Below are positions 28,022 through 38,252 of a stretch of 64,000 bases of DNA, piece after piece. The translations under genes were made by a program, and so were the position numbers. The notes beneath the pieces were generated by a model, which was given only the letters and a program-made list of their open reading frames with translations, ran no database searches and was not told the origin of the DNA. Within the stretch, counting starts at the first letter, position 1. Each line of letters starts with the position of its first letter. The stretch covers positions 186,001-250,000 of the IMG/VR virus record IMGVR_UViG_3300035661_000001; one strand, given 5' to 3'.

Positions 28022-28618
28022 CTATAACAAAAAAGTCTTTTTTAATCCCCAGGGAGTGACTTCCTGGGCATATATTTCATAATTTATTTCGTACTTGTTA
28101 CCCATCTGCACAGAAAATGGATAGAACTTTGGTTTTTCCATAGTTAAAGGGTTATTAGAAATAATATACCCATACCCGCCATAATACTTATTATGCCATG
28201 GCTGACCATCAATTTTTGATACAAAAGATACTTCTATATTATCAATTAGATAATCTTTTTTCATTTGTGGAGTTACCCCTCCATTTACAATAATAGTAGA
28301 TGTTTGATTTTTAAATTGTAATAAAATTACATTAGGTTGTAATTTTAACCACTGAAAAGCTTCGCCAGAAGTATTTTTACATGATTTTAAATCATCACTT
28401 CCCAAATTATAAATAACATTCTTTGAAATAGAAGATTTAAAATTTAAAATATTATTTGGAATATCACTAATCCCTGGGTGACATAATCCAGAATTAATAA
28501 TTACAACTTTATATTGTTTGGCAAGATCATTTATCTTCAAGATTTTATCTGAATTATTATAAATAGGTCCAACAACTAAAATATTATAATCGATATTGTT
28601 GATAATGATTCCTGCCAC
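28022..28618 (-). CDS. Degenerate calcineurin-like metallophosphoesterase (pseudo-enzyme)
   Basis: Motif spacing is kept (VVGPIY, YNLGSDD, IIVNGG) but the metal ligands are substituted. Confidence 0.5.
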   Translation of the reverse strand: MAGIIINNIDYNILVVGPIYNNSDKILKINDLAKQYKVVIINSGLCHPGISDIPNNILNFKSSISKNVIYNLGSDDLKSCKNTSGEAFQWLKLQPNVILLQFKNQTSTIIVNGGVTPQMKKDYLIDNIEVSFVSKIDGQPWHNKYYGGYGYIISNNPLTMEKPKFYPFSVQMGNKYEINYEIYAQEVTPWGLKKTFLL

Positions 28619-28663
28619 GAAATCAAATATACCACCGCTAAATTAAATATAATATACCGATTA

Positions 28664-29098
28664 ATGAAAATAAAAAGCAAACTTCTCTCGACAAAAACTT
28701 GGGGACCTATTATAGGGGAAGTAGATCTTACAGCATGTGATATAAAATTGGATATGAGAAAACCTAAAACAGTCAAGTACTATAGTTTTAAAGATATGAG
28801 TAAACAGGATATGGTAGATATGATCAACCATGATTTACCTATAAGCCTTCGTAAAAATGAAGATTTAATCTCTAGAATTCACGACAGATATCCATTAATA
28901 GACAAATCACAAGTTAGTTTGATTGTAAAAACTGTTTTTCAAAGTATGCGTGAGCTTATGCTTCTCGGAAAAGTTTTAAGTTTTCATTCCGTATTTTTCG
29001 ATACTAAATTACATTTTTATTTAAGAAATGTAATGGGTGTTATAAAACCATCCTTGAAAGTTAAAATAGCCACACCACCCCCTTTAAAGAAAATATGA
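28664..29098 (+). CDS. HU/IHF-like DNA-binding protein
   Basis: LISRIH...SQVSLIVKTVF..MRE.M..GK. Confidence 0.5.
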   Translation: MKIKSKLLSTKTWGPIIGEVDLTACDIKLDMRKPKTVKYYSFKDMSKQDMVDMINHDLPISLRKNEDLISRIHDRYPLIDKSQVSLIVKTVFQSMRELMLLGKVLSFHSVFFDTKLHFYLRNVMGVIKPSLKVKIATPPPLKKI

Positions 29099-29436
29099 AA
29101 AAAATAAATTTTGATTTAGATTTAGATTTGGATTCAGATTCAGATCAAGAAATTAAATCTGTATCTCTAGATTTAGAAACAGTTAAAACCAATGTGCCTA
29201 AATTCTCAAGTCAAAAACTATGTGAAATGATTATTTGTGATAGGTATTTTGGTTTAGGTAAAAATATTTCTTCTATTTGCATGGAAGAGCTTTCTAAACG
29301 CAGAATTGCTGGAGATAAATTTGATTTCGAATCTCATATTGATTCTGCAGGTAAAGAATTACCACCATTAGTTTTTGATATGCCTGATTTGAGAACTGTT
29401 CTCAATCAAGCCGTTTCTTTAAAGAATAAAAAATGA
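29095..29436 (+). CDS. Hypothetical protein
   Basis: ORF track; DLDLDLDSDSD hexamer microrepeat. Confidence 0.6.
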   Translation: MKKINFDLDLDLDSDSDQEIKSVSLDLETVKTNVPKFSSQKLCEMIICDRYFGLGKNISSICMEELSKRRIAGDKFDFESHIDSAGKELPPLVFDMPDLRTVLNQAVSLKNKK

Positions 29437-29948
29437 ATCATAAATTAACACAACAAATTGTCAAACATGTATTTTCAAATTTGAAAATAATAGATTCTGA
29501 TTTTATAAAACAGGATTCTTTATCTATTATTGATCGAGAATTTAGTTTACCTGAAACTATTGGATTCGAAGATGATGACAATATCATACAAAATCATTTA
29601 TGGGCTTGCCAGTTCTCTGTAGAAAATAAAAATCTCAAAATACTAGTCTGTGATGCGTCACTTGAAAAGGATGTTAAAGAATTTTGTGTTATTATTCATT
29701 TAGATGACACCCCAATGTATGGTTTGTATTTGAATGTCAATGATGATCAAGGTACAGAAGCGCTAATAGCTTGTTCTGTTAATGCAAAAGAGTGGGTAAA
29801 ATGTTCAACCTATTTAGAAGCCACTTTCTTAGCAGCAATGGAACAATTAAAAAATCATATTATTTTCCCAGCACAATGTCATGAATATAAAAAAGAATAT
29901 AATGCAATTATAAATTTTCTAGAATATTATGTTCAGTTAGGATCTTGA
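29433..29948 (+). CDS. Hypothetical protein
   Basis: ORF track. Confidence 0.6.
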   Translation: MNHKLTQQIVKHVFSNLKIIDSDFIKQDSLSIIDREFSLPETIGFEDDDNIIQNHLWACQFSVENKNLKILVCDASLEKDVKEFCVIIHLDDTPMYGLYLNVNDDQGTEALIACSVNAKEWVKCSTYLEATFLAAMEQLKNHIIFPAQCHEYKKEYNAIINFLEYYVQLGS

Positions 29949-29949
29949 T

Positions 29950-30420
29950 ATGAAAGGTAAAAGAATAGATCGTGATTTTTTAAATTCATTCATGAATGAG
30001 TGTTTAAATAATGGAATATCTTCATCTCAAGACATGGCTAGAATAGCTAAAGAAAAAATAGATCTCATAGATGTAAGAATAAAAGAAATAGAAAATTTAA
30101 AAAATATTCGGTGTAAATTATTAGATGTTGTTTCTTCTTTTGATAATAAAGAAAAGCATGTGTCTGGTAAAGATCAAAAAACTCTTCTTTTTTACAAAAT
30201 AACCAACATTGGTATTAGTAAAAATATATGTAAAATGCTCATAGATAACAATGATGAATTGCCTTTGAAAATATTGGAAAATAATATAAAAAAACCAAAA
30301 CATGATGTGTATTTTTGTGTTAAACAAATGATTGATATTGGTATTTTAAATAGACATGATGATTTTTTAAAAAAAGGTAATTTGTTTAATGAATATTTTG
30401 CATTTGTAGGAAAACGTTAA
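29950..30420 (+). CDS. Hypothetical protein (possible C-terminal winged helix)
   Basis: ORF track. Confidence 0.55.
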   Translation: MKGKRIDRDFLNSFMNECLNNGISSSQDMARIAKEKIDLIDVRIKEIENLKNIRCKLLDVVSSFDNKEKHVSGKDQKTLLFYKITNIGISKNICKMLIDNNDELPLKILENNIKKPKHDVYFCVKQMIDIGILNRHDDFLKKGNLFNEYFAFVGKR

Positions 30421-30421
30421 T

Positions 30422-30775
30422 ATGAAAAGCATACCTACTAGCATTAGTAAAAAAATATTGTGGAGGTATGTTAATAAGAAATTAAATTATAGCATACATC
30501 ATTATCACGTATTTAGTGTAATATCAATTTTGTTTGAAGAATTGGTAAAAGATTGGAGTGCGGGGAAAGAGATCATGATAAATAATTTTGGTACATTTGT
30601 TTTGCAACAAATGCCAAATAGACATTATCATGATTTTAGAGACGGCACTATTAAACTTGGCACAGGTCACAAACTTCTTCACATGTTTTTGTCTGATAAA
30701 TTAAAAAAGAAATTGACAAAACATTTGGATATTGAAGATACCTGGAAAGGTCAAAATGAGAGTAAAGAAGCCTAA
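30422..30775 (+). CDS. HU/IHF-like DNA-binding protein
   Basis: GKEIMINNFGTF...R..HDFRDG...F..S..LK. Confidence 0.7.
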   Translation: MKSIPTSISKKILWRYVNKKLNYSIHHYHVFSVISILFEELVKDWSAGKEIMINNFGTFVLQQMPNRHYHDFRDGTIKLGTGHKLLHMFLSDKLKKKLTKHLDIEDTWKGQNESKEA

Positions 30776-31136
30776 AGTTTTTATTTGTGTAGGTTTAGTT
30801 GATAGTAAAATTGTTGCAGATGCCATATTAATTTCATCGGCGGATGAGGCTAAAGAACAATTTGCAAGAAAATATGGTAACATTCCTAATAAAATTTTGG
30901 GACCATATTTGAATCCTAAAAAGATAGAGCATGAAAAAGTTTTGAGATTTATATCCCATAAATCTCAAAAAGCAATTTATAATGATTGGTTAGTAAATGC
31001 GTTTTTGTTGCATGATCCGGAAGATCATGCATATTTGATTTTTGTTAAAAAGACTGATGATGTTTCCGCCATACCGCCAAAAGGCACTATAATTGTTCCC
31101 ATTCAAGATTTGAGGTTTATTGAAAATGAAAAATGA
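30756..31136 (+). CDS. Hypothetical protein
   Basis: ORF track; ATG 30756 preferred. Confidence 0.55.
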   Translation: MRVKKPKVFICVGLVDSKIVADAILISSADEAKEQFARKYGNIPNKILGPYLNPKKIEHEKVLRFISHKSQKAIYNDWLVNAFLLHDPEDHAYLIFVKKTDDVSAIPPKGTIIVPIQDLRFIENEK

Positions 31137-31476
31137 GCTGCTTGCCCAAATAAAAGAAAAACTGCTTACGATGAAATCAGAGCTTTTAATAAAAGCAAAT
31201 AAATTACCAGATATAGACACTGACGGAGACGAAACCGACGAGGTGCAAGGTAATTTATTAATAGAAATTGCCAATCAATTAAGCTCTCGCGATATATCGA
31301 AAATATCATTAGTTAACAATGCTTTACGTAAAATAGAAGATTCATCTTATGGTTTATGTGAAGATTGTGAAGAAGAGATTCTAGAAAAAAGATTATTAGC
31401 AAATCCGTGTTTTAAGACTTGCGTTCTATGTGCCGAAGCTAGAGAAGCTGAAGAAAAACAAAGAAAGAGGTTCTGA
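31120..31476 (+). CDS. dksA: DksA/TraR C4 zinc-finger protein
   Basis: Coiled-coil tip DETDEV; YGLCEDC..I...RL.A.P...CVLC. Confidence 0.88.
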   Translation: MKMKNELLAQIKEKLLTMKSELLIKANKLPDIDTDGDETDEVQGNLLIEIANQLSSRDISKISLVNNALRKIEDSSYGLCEDCEEEILEKRLLANPCFKTCVLCAEAREAEEKQRKRF

Positions 31477-31478
31477 TT

Positions 31479-32063
31479 TTGAATACAATTGTAACAGAGA
31501 CAACCGATCATGGAGAGTTTCCAGTAGATATCTACCAAAAATTATCAAATGATAGAATTCTATTCATCTGTGATGTTATTGATGATAAATTAGCTACTGA
31601 TATCGTGGCTACCTTATTACTTAAAGATTCTGAAAATCCTGAAGAAAAAATTACTTTATTTATAAATTCAGAAGGTGGAGACATTCGTAATGTCTTAATG
31701 ATTTATGACATGATGTGTTTGGTACAAGCACCAATTGAAACAGTATGTATTGGATCTGCTATGGATGAAGCTGCAATTATTCTAGCTGCCGGCACACCTG
31801 GTATGAGATTTGCTACTAAAAATTCAGTAATATCAATTAATCAATTAACCCATGATTGGGTAAATGTTTCAGACTTAACGGATGCTAAAAAAGTTCTGGA
31901 TCAATTCTTAAGTGATAATAAGAAAATGATGGAGATTTTGGCAAAATCTTGTAGTAAAACATATAAACAGGTAATAGAAGATTTTAATCGTAGAGTTTTC
32001 ATGAATTGTAATCAAGCTGTTAAATATGGCTTAATTGATAAGGCGGTATCGGTTAAAAAATGA
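31479..32063 (+). CDS. ClpP-family protein, catalytically inactive (ClpR-like)
   Basis: ClpP fold motifs (LSNDRILF, INSEGG); catalytic Ser position reads GSAMDEA and His position reads ISINQL. Confidence 0.85.
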   Translation: MNTIVTETTDHGEFPVDIYQKLSNDRILFICDVIDDKLATDIVATLLLKDSENPEEKITLFINSEGGDIRNVLMIYDMMCLVQAPIETVCIGSAMDEAAIILAAGTPGMRFATKNSVISINQLTHDWVNVSDLTDAKKVLDQFLSDNKKMMEILAKSCSKTYKQVIEDFNRRVFMNCNQAVKYGLIDKAVSVKK

Positions 32064-32653
32064 ATCATCTAATAGGAAAACTTCATCAGCATGACACGCC
32101 ACAATCTAGTATGTTTCCGGGATATATGGAAACTTATATTAGGTTATCAAAAAATAGAATAATTTTTCTAAACGAAAATATAACTAAACAGTCAGCATCT
32201 GAATTGTCAGCTTTATTATTGTATTACGATAATTTATCTCAAGAAGATATCTCTATTTATTTACACTGTGACGGCGGAGATGCTGACGGATTAGCTAATA
32301 TTTATGATATAATGCAAATGGTAAGATCTCCAATAAAAACTATTTGTATTGGTAAATGTTACTCTGCCGCAGCAGTCATATTGGCAGCAGGAACTCCAGG
32401 AGAAAGATACGCATTTAAGCATTCAAAAGTTATGATACATGGTATTCAGGCTGGATTCCCCATCCCCGGACATGATATGACGAATAGCAAAAGTTATTAT
32501 GAGTTTCTCAAAGAGAACAATGATAGTGTTATGAGAATATTAGCACATCATACGGGTCATCCTTTAGATGAAATAAAACAAGCGTGTACCCGTGATGTTT
32601 GGTTGTCAGCACAGGAAGCAAAAAATTACAATATTGTAGACCACGTTTTATGA
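32060..32653 (+). CDS. clpP: ATP-dependent Clp protease proteolytic subunit (triad intact)
   Basis: GKCYSAA (Ser), VMIHG (His), TRDVWLSAQEA (Asp). Confidence 0.9.
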   Translation: MNHLIGKLHQHDTPQSSMFPGYMETYIRLSKNRIIFLNENITKQSASELSALLLYYDNLSQEDISIYLHCDGGDADGLANIYDIMQMVRSPIKTICIGKCYSAAAVILAAGTPGERYAFKHSKVMIHGIQAGFPIPGHDMTNSKSYYEFLKENNDSVMRILAHHTGHPLDEIKQACTRDVWLSAQEAKNYNIVDHVL

Positions 32654-33386
32654 AAAATTTATCCTTGGTATCTTTTATTGGAATTGATCATCATACTGAT
32701 TTTAATGATTTATTAGAATTCAAAAACCCAAAAAATAATATGGATTATGAATTTGGTGTATTGTATAGTGATTCTAAAAATGATCGCGATATTAGATACC
32801 CAGGCTATGATTTTTGTTTAAAATTTTTATCATGGGCTAAAATTAATGATATTTCTAGGTCTATTCATATTTGTGGATCTTCCATAGATAGTTATTTAAA
32901 AGAAGATCCACAAATATTGAAATTATGTAATGAATTGGGTGATTACAATCATCGAATTCAATTAAATATAGATAAATATCATAATAATGAAGAGTTAGCC
33001 GATAACATTATTAATGTTACTACAAAATACGGTCATAATTTAATTTTACAGAAAAATGAATTGAAAGAAAAATTCAATAAAGTATTTGTAGAACGCACTG
33101 AGATTTTGCATCCCATTTTAGAGAAGTTTTATTTTCATGGCTTTATGATGCGTCATGTGGTCTTGGAAAAGAAATGATAAAAGCTCCCATGCCAGATATG
33201 TTTTTTCCGGGTTATGCCGGTGGTATTAATCCAGAAAATGTAATGAAAATTATCAATTTAATTGAAAAAGAAAATATATGGGGGTATCCATATTATATAG
33301 ATATGGAATCCGGTATAAGAACAGACAATATCTTTTCGGTTAAAAAATGTAGAGATATTAAGAAATTAATAGATAATGCATCTTAA
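32650..33386 (+). pseudogene. PRAI-like TIM-barrel protein split by a 1-nt frameshift near 33102-33142
   Basis: Alternative frame gives WLYDASCGLG in frame with GYAGGINPEN and IDMESGIR. Confidence 0.65.
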
Positions 33387-33418
33387 TTAACATAATAGCA
33401 ATATTCACCTATTATTGT

Positions 33419-34951
33419 ATGATTAAAGTTGTCGCGAAATCACCACCTGAGCCAGCTCAGGTAAAATTGAGAGAGTCAAAAAAGGTTTGGAATAAACAAG
33501 TTTCCGAATTTGCCGATAATCTTTTTCGTTTAAAAGACATGATGAATGGAAAGCCTTCCAAATTTCATGCTGAAAAATCTTCCATTAAAGATCCTATTCC
33601 AGGTGATCCGGTGACAATCATTGGTGTTTTAGCTAATGATTTTCAAGAAATTTCTCAAAAAGGCAATTCAATTGTACAGCAACAATTAGAATATTCTAAA
33701 AATAGAAGAAAAAAACAACCGAAACAAACTCTAGCTCCTTTGCCACCACAGGCTCAGTCACCTACTGATTTGACAAATCAACTAGCAAATCATTTTGATG
33801 ATAAGTTAATAGTTTTAGGTTCAAATCCACTTACTAGATGGTTTACAAGATTTTTAACTCCTACCATGGGAAGTAGTCCAAAAGCAAGAGTTAGGAAATA
33901 TAGAATGTCATTGTTAAAAGCGGCAGTTGATATCTATGATGATATTGTAGAATTACAGTCTACAATTGTAAAATCTAGTCCTGAAAGTATTTTTCTTTCC
34001 ACACGCTTATTAAATAAAATAATTCATAATTGGGATTTTTTTAAAACTGGTATTACTACTTTTGATTCAAATGCTGATGTTCCGGAAAAAGAAACAAAAA
34101 ATAGTAAAGACCCTATTTCCTCAGAAGAAGTAGGAAGAACTGGTCCTTCCGAAAATAAAGATAAAAAATCTCCTGAAGTGGTTAAACCAACAATAAAAAA
34201 AACTATTGCTCCTAGTGAAATAGCAAAAGAATATTTGAGTCATACTAACGATGATAACTCTCCTATTGTAATAATAAATGATTACATGAAATATTCTGCT
34301 AATTTTACTGATGTCAATTTAAAAACATTAACCGGATTAATTACAGAATATCGTTTGGCTCCACAGAACGAAAACACAGTTCTTAATTTACATCCAGAAC
34401 TAGCTGTGAAAATTAATAGAGAATATAAAAGAATATTAGCTGAGCTTAACGGTAAATATGGCACTTCTGGATCATCATTTAAAGAGATACTTGAAGCGAA
34501 ACTTAAAAAAGATGGTAGTGCTAATTATGAATTAGAAGTTCACAGTCAAAAATTAGTGCAAAAATGGTTGGGAAGATTAAAACATGAATTCTTACCTGTT
34601 GATAAAACTTCTGCACATAGATTAGACATATATAAAATTGCTGATTCTTTGCGAAAAACTGTAGATAAAATGATGGATTCATTGGAGAAAACAATGGATA
34701 CAGCCGTACTTACATCACTTCACGACGCAGGTACTGAAGAACTTAAAACTATAAAAGTTTTAGTAGATGGTTTAGAAAAAACGCTTGTAGGCAAAGGATT
34801 TAATCGTCCATTCATGGATATGTTAGATTCGGGATCAATAACCAATTTTGGTCCTCAACTTGATGATCAACAAAAAAAACGTCTACAAACTATGATTGAT
34901 AGAAGACGTGTTAAAGAATTGGCTGACCTTTATCAAGGTAAACAGTTATGA
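33419..34951 (+). CDS. Large hypothetical protein (possible virion/internal protein)
   Basis: 510 aa; charged helical segments with low-complexity linkers. Confidence 0.6.
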   Translation: MIKVVAKSPPEPAQVKLRESKKVWNKQVSEFADNLFRLKDMMNGKPSKFHAEKSSIKDPIPGDPVTIIGVLANDFQEISQKGNSIVQQQLEYSKNRRKKQPKQTLAPLPPQAQSPTDLTNQLANHFDDKLIVLGSNPLTRWFTRFLTPTMGSSPKARVRKYRMSLLKAAVDIYDDIVELQSTIVKSSPESIFLSTRLLNKIIHNWDFFKTGITTFDSNADVPEKETKNSKDPISSEEVGRTGPSENKDKKSPEVVKPTIKKTIAPSEIAKEYLSHTNDDNSPIVIINDYMKYSANFTDVNLKTLTGLITEYRLAPQNENTVLNLHPELAVKINREYKRILAELNGKYGTSGSSFKEILEAKLKKDGSANYELEVHSQKLVQKWLGRLKHEFLPVDKTSAHRLDIYKIADSLRKTVDKMMDSLEKTMDTAVLTSLHDAGTEELKTIKVLVDGLEKTLVGKGFNRPFMDMLDSGSITNFGPQLDDQQKKRLQTMIDRRRVKELADLYQGKQL

Positions 34952-35328
34952 AAGAAGGCTATATTTATATAGGATCTAATGTGTTTCCTACTTATTTTGC
35001 TGTTTCTAGCCAAGAGCAGCAACAAGGTCTTATGGATGTAAAATGGCCACCACCGGTAATGTCTTTTATATATGATACACCACAGCCAAATAAATTTTGG
35101 ATGAAAAATACTCCCAGTCCTTTAGATATTGTTTTTTGTAGAAAAGGCGAGATAATTTCAATTCATAAAGGCGAACCATTTTCTACTTCTGTTATTGGTC
35201 CTAATGAATTTTCAGACTTAGTAATTGAATTCCCGCATGGAACAATAGCCTCGCTTGGCGTTAAACTTAATAATAAGGTTGGGATCATATCTCCTTCTTT
35301 ACAAGATTTATACAAATTTAAAAAATAA
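34948..35328 (+). CDS. DUF192-family protein
   Basis: QQGLM, FWMKNTPSPLDIVF, VIEFP.G. Confidence 0.85.
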   Translation: MKEGYIYIGSNVFPTYFAVSSQEQQQGLMDVKWPPPVMSFIYDTPQPNKFWMKNTPSPLDIVFCRKGEIISIHKGEPFSTSVIGPNEFSDLVIEFPHGTIASLGVKLNNKVGIISPSLQDLYKFKK

Positions 35329-35366
35329 CGGCGCTCCCATCGCTTTGCACAAGTAAGAATATTTAT

Positions 35367-36371
35367 ATGAGCGACCTAGATATCAATAATTTTAACAAAA
35401 TATTGCGCACTTTTGATATAAGCGCAAACTGTGTAAACTATAAAGCTATAGATAATTATTTTTTCTATGATTTGGAATTGCGACCACAAGCCAAAGTTAA
35501 AGATATACAAAGATTTGCCGATGAGATTTCTCTTTCACTGAAATCTTGTAGTAAACCAAATATAAGAATTCTCCATCAAGAAGGAATAGTTAGATTAGAA
35601 TTTGCAACGAGCCGCCAGAAGCGGCTCGATTTGTTTGATTACTTTATCAATGATAATATTCCTAAAGGTGAATTACCTTGTTTGTTGGGTCAGGCATTAA
35701 ATGGCGAACGAGTTTGGATGGATTTATCTCAAAATCCTCATATGATTATCTCTGGTACAACTGGTTCTGGTAAAAGCACGTTGCTACACACTATAATAGC
35801 TAATCTGTTCAATTATAATAAAGTAAAGTTATTTCTGATAGATCCTAAAAATGTGGAATTTTTAGAATATGATAAAAAGATTAATAATGATGTACAGGTA
35901 TCATATTCATATCATGATTCTTTAGTTTTGCTGGATCAGCTAATAGATACTATGGAAACTAGATATTCTTTATTGAGAGAGTCAAATATAAAGAGCCTTC
36001 CTTATATAGTTTTGATAATTGATGAATTTGGAGACTTGATTTTACAGGATTCTAATAAAGAATTTTATACTAAACTATGTAAATTAGCTCAAAAATGTCG
36101 AGCTGCAAAAATGAATATAATCATTTCTACACAAAGACCTTCAGTGAACATTATCAATGGCGCTATTAAAGCAAATTTTCCAGCTAGAATTTCTTGTAAA
36201 GTAGCGAGTCATATTGATTCTAAAATCATCTTGGATGCTACTGGTGCGGAAAACCTTATGGGTCATGGCGATGCTTTGTTAAAAGATAACTCTAGGTCCA
36301 TGGAGAGGTTCCAGATAGCATATACGAATCCAGAACAAGTTTGTTCATATTTTGGTGATGTTAATGAGTAA
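35367..36371 (+). CDS. FtsK/SpoIIIE-like ATPase (motor domains only)
   Basis: PHMIISGTTGSGKS, LIDPK, IIDEF.DL, STQRPS, ILD..GAE.L.G.GD. Confidence 0.9.
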   Translation: MSDLDINNFNKILRTFDISANCVNYKAIDNYFFYDLELRPQAKVKDIQRFADEISLSLKSCSKPNIRILHQEGIVRLEFATSRQKRLDLFDYFINDNIPKGELPCLLGQALNGERVWMDLSQNPHMIISGTTGSGKSTLLHTIIANLFNYNKVKLFLIDPKNVEFLEYDKKINNDVQVSYSYHDSLVLLDQLIDTMETRYSLLRESNIKSLPYIVLIIDEFGDLILQDSNKEFYTKLCKLAQKCRAAKMNIIISTQRPSVNIINGAIKANFPARISCKVASHIDSKIILDATGAENLMGHGDALLKDNSRSMERFQIAYTNPEQVCSYFGDVNE

Positions 36372-37365
36372 GATACAGTATCTGTGTCCTGGTTGTTTGT
36401 TTTTTGGAAAAGAATCATTTTTGGAAAATGATTCTTTTCTGCATTGCACACAATGCTCTTCATCTTGTGAAGATGAAAAAATAAATACTTTACGAAAAGT
36501 ATTTGCGAAACATAGTAAACAAGGTTATCGTTGCTCTGATTGTGATAGATTTATACCTGATAATAACTCAGATAAATTATTTTGTCCTTATTTAGATTGT
36601 TGTTTTGTAGGTAGCAAATCTCTATGTCATAGGATGAGGCACCCTGCCACAAGAAATAATCTAATTATAGATAATGTTGAATTACAAAAAAATGTTTGTG
36701 ATAAGAACATATTTTTTGATAAAAGGGTATCTTTGTTAAAAGATGTTATAAATTCACAATTAAACAATGTGTTTTATAATAGTTCAGATTTTACTATCAA
36801 GCAAAAAACTGCTTGTTATCAAGCATTTATTAATGTAATAGATAGGTTTCCAAATGAAATGATAGATTATATGCTGGAGTCTTCCCGATCGGGAGGGTTT
36901 CAGCATATAATATTTCAAGAATATATTAGAGTATTTGAAAAAAATCTTCCTTATTCATTTAAGAAAAATGGTAAAACTTATAAAGTAGAATCATTACTAG
37001 ATGATCAGCTTTCTTTATTTGACGGAGTTTCTGTTTTTGAAGAAAAAATAGATTCGAATTTGGAAATTAAAAACTCTACTAATGAATTTTATATCGGAGG
37101 TAGAAAGGCTTCTTATGTAAAACCATTTTATATAGGTAAACTTTTAGAGATTTTTGATAAAAATTCAAAAATTAATTTAATGGACAAAGTAGATGAATAT
37201 TCTTTCTCTAAAATTAAAATGAAAAATATAGATCCTGGCAGATGTGTTATCGTTACACATTTACGAATTCCACCTCATTATCAAATGGGAGGAATGGTAT
37301 ATGTTAACAGATTGCGTAAAATGATAGTTGATCAAACTCGCGATCTCCTGGAGAATAATAAATGA
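36352..37365 (+). CDS. Hypothetical protein with N-terminal zinc fingers
   Basis: CPGC, CTQC, CSDC, CPYLDC. Confidence 0.6.
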   Translation: MVMLMSKIQYLCPGCLFFGKESFLENDSFLHCTQCSSSCEDEKINTLRKVFAKHSKQGYRCSDCDRFIPDNNSDKLFCPYLDCCFVGSKSLCHRMRHPATRNNLIIDNVELQKNVCDKNIFFDKRVSLLKDVINSQLNNVFYNSSDFTIKQKTACYQAFINVIDRFPNEMIDYMLESSRSGGFQHIIFQEYIRVFEKNLPYSFKKNGKTYKVESLLDDQLSLFDGVSVFEEKIDSNLEIKNSTNEFYIGGRKASYVKPFYIGKLLEIFDKNSKINLMDKVDEYSFSKIKMKNIDPGRCVIVTHLRIPPHYQMGGMVYVNRLRKMIVDQTRDLLENNK

Positions 37366-37811
37366 AGAGTGGCAAACAAAAATTTCTGAAGATGAATATT
37401 TCAGAATCATTTTTACATAGAACTATTTGCAAAAAATGTAAAGGTAATCCAAATTATTACTTCTATTCCAGAAATCCAATTTTGTGGTATGATCCGCGTA
37501 GAGTGATTAATAATCTTGAATACATTAAGAAAAATAATAAAAGATTTTCTCCCGAAGAATATTCTTCAGCTTTAGACGATTTTAGATTTTCTACAAAATT
37601 AAATTTCTATAATCATCCTGTCAACTATAAGTCATATCGCCCTAAACTACATAGAGTGCGTGGACAACATCCTATTTTGGATATCACAGAATATTTAACT
37701 TGTGAGTGTGGACAGACTGCTTGGGCATTCTCTGATGTAAATGTAGATCTTAGAAATGATATTAAGCATAAAAAGTCTAGAATTTACATTTCTAAAAAAT
37801 TCATGTATTAA
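37362..37811 (+). CDS. Hypothetical protein
   Basis: ORF track; CKKC and CECG motifs. Confidence 0.55.
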   Translation: MKSGKQKFLKMNISESFLHRTICKKCKGNPNYYFYSRNPILWYDPRRVINNLEYIKKNNKRFSPEEYSSALDDFRFSTKLNFYNHPVNYKSYRPKLHRVRGQHPILDITEYLTCECGQTAWAFSDVNVDLRNDIKHKKSRIYISKKFMY

Positions 37812-38208
37812 TTAGTTGTAATTTTTTTTCAACTTGATGTTCTAATTTAATAAAATCATCAGCTAATTCTTCAAACAATTTCCATTTTTTATTTATTAAT
37901 TTATAGCAAGAGTAATATGATAATCTTCCAATTGTATCGTAATATTCTTTGCTTGCAAATTTTAAATGTTTTGGTGCCCAAGTATTAGCAAAAAATATCC
38001 AATCTCCAATATTTTGGTAGATGGAAAAATCTTGTTTTTGACGGGCTTGCGAAAACAGCAAAGTGATGCTATCTTTAGATAGATCAAAATTGGTATGTTG
38101 GTATTTTCCGTAAATACCAACAATATATGCACGAGTGTCAGAGTGACATTCTAAATCATTGAAAATTTCTTGAAAAAAATCTGTGATATTGTGATATGTC
38201 GTATCCAT
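37801..38208 (-). CDS. Hypothetical protein
   Basis: Likely start MDTTYH at 38208 (avoids topA overlap); QNIGDWIFF, YY..IGR.SY. Confidence 0.6.
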   Translation of the reverse strand: MDTTYHNITDFFQEIFNDLECHSDTRAYIVGIYGKYQHTNFDLSKDSITLLFSQARQKQDFSIYQNIGDWIFFANTWAPKHLKFASKEYYDTIGRLSYYSCYKLINKKWKLFEELADDFIKLEHQVEKKLQLINT

Positions 38209-38252
38209 TTTAGATATACCAAAATATTGAAAGACTGTATGGTGATACATTA

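Noticed and set aside
29107-29147. GATTTA/GATTCA hexamer run as a regulatory or origin repeat
   Set aside because: It simply encodes the acidic DLDLDLDSDSD stretch
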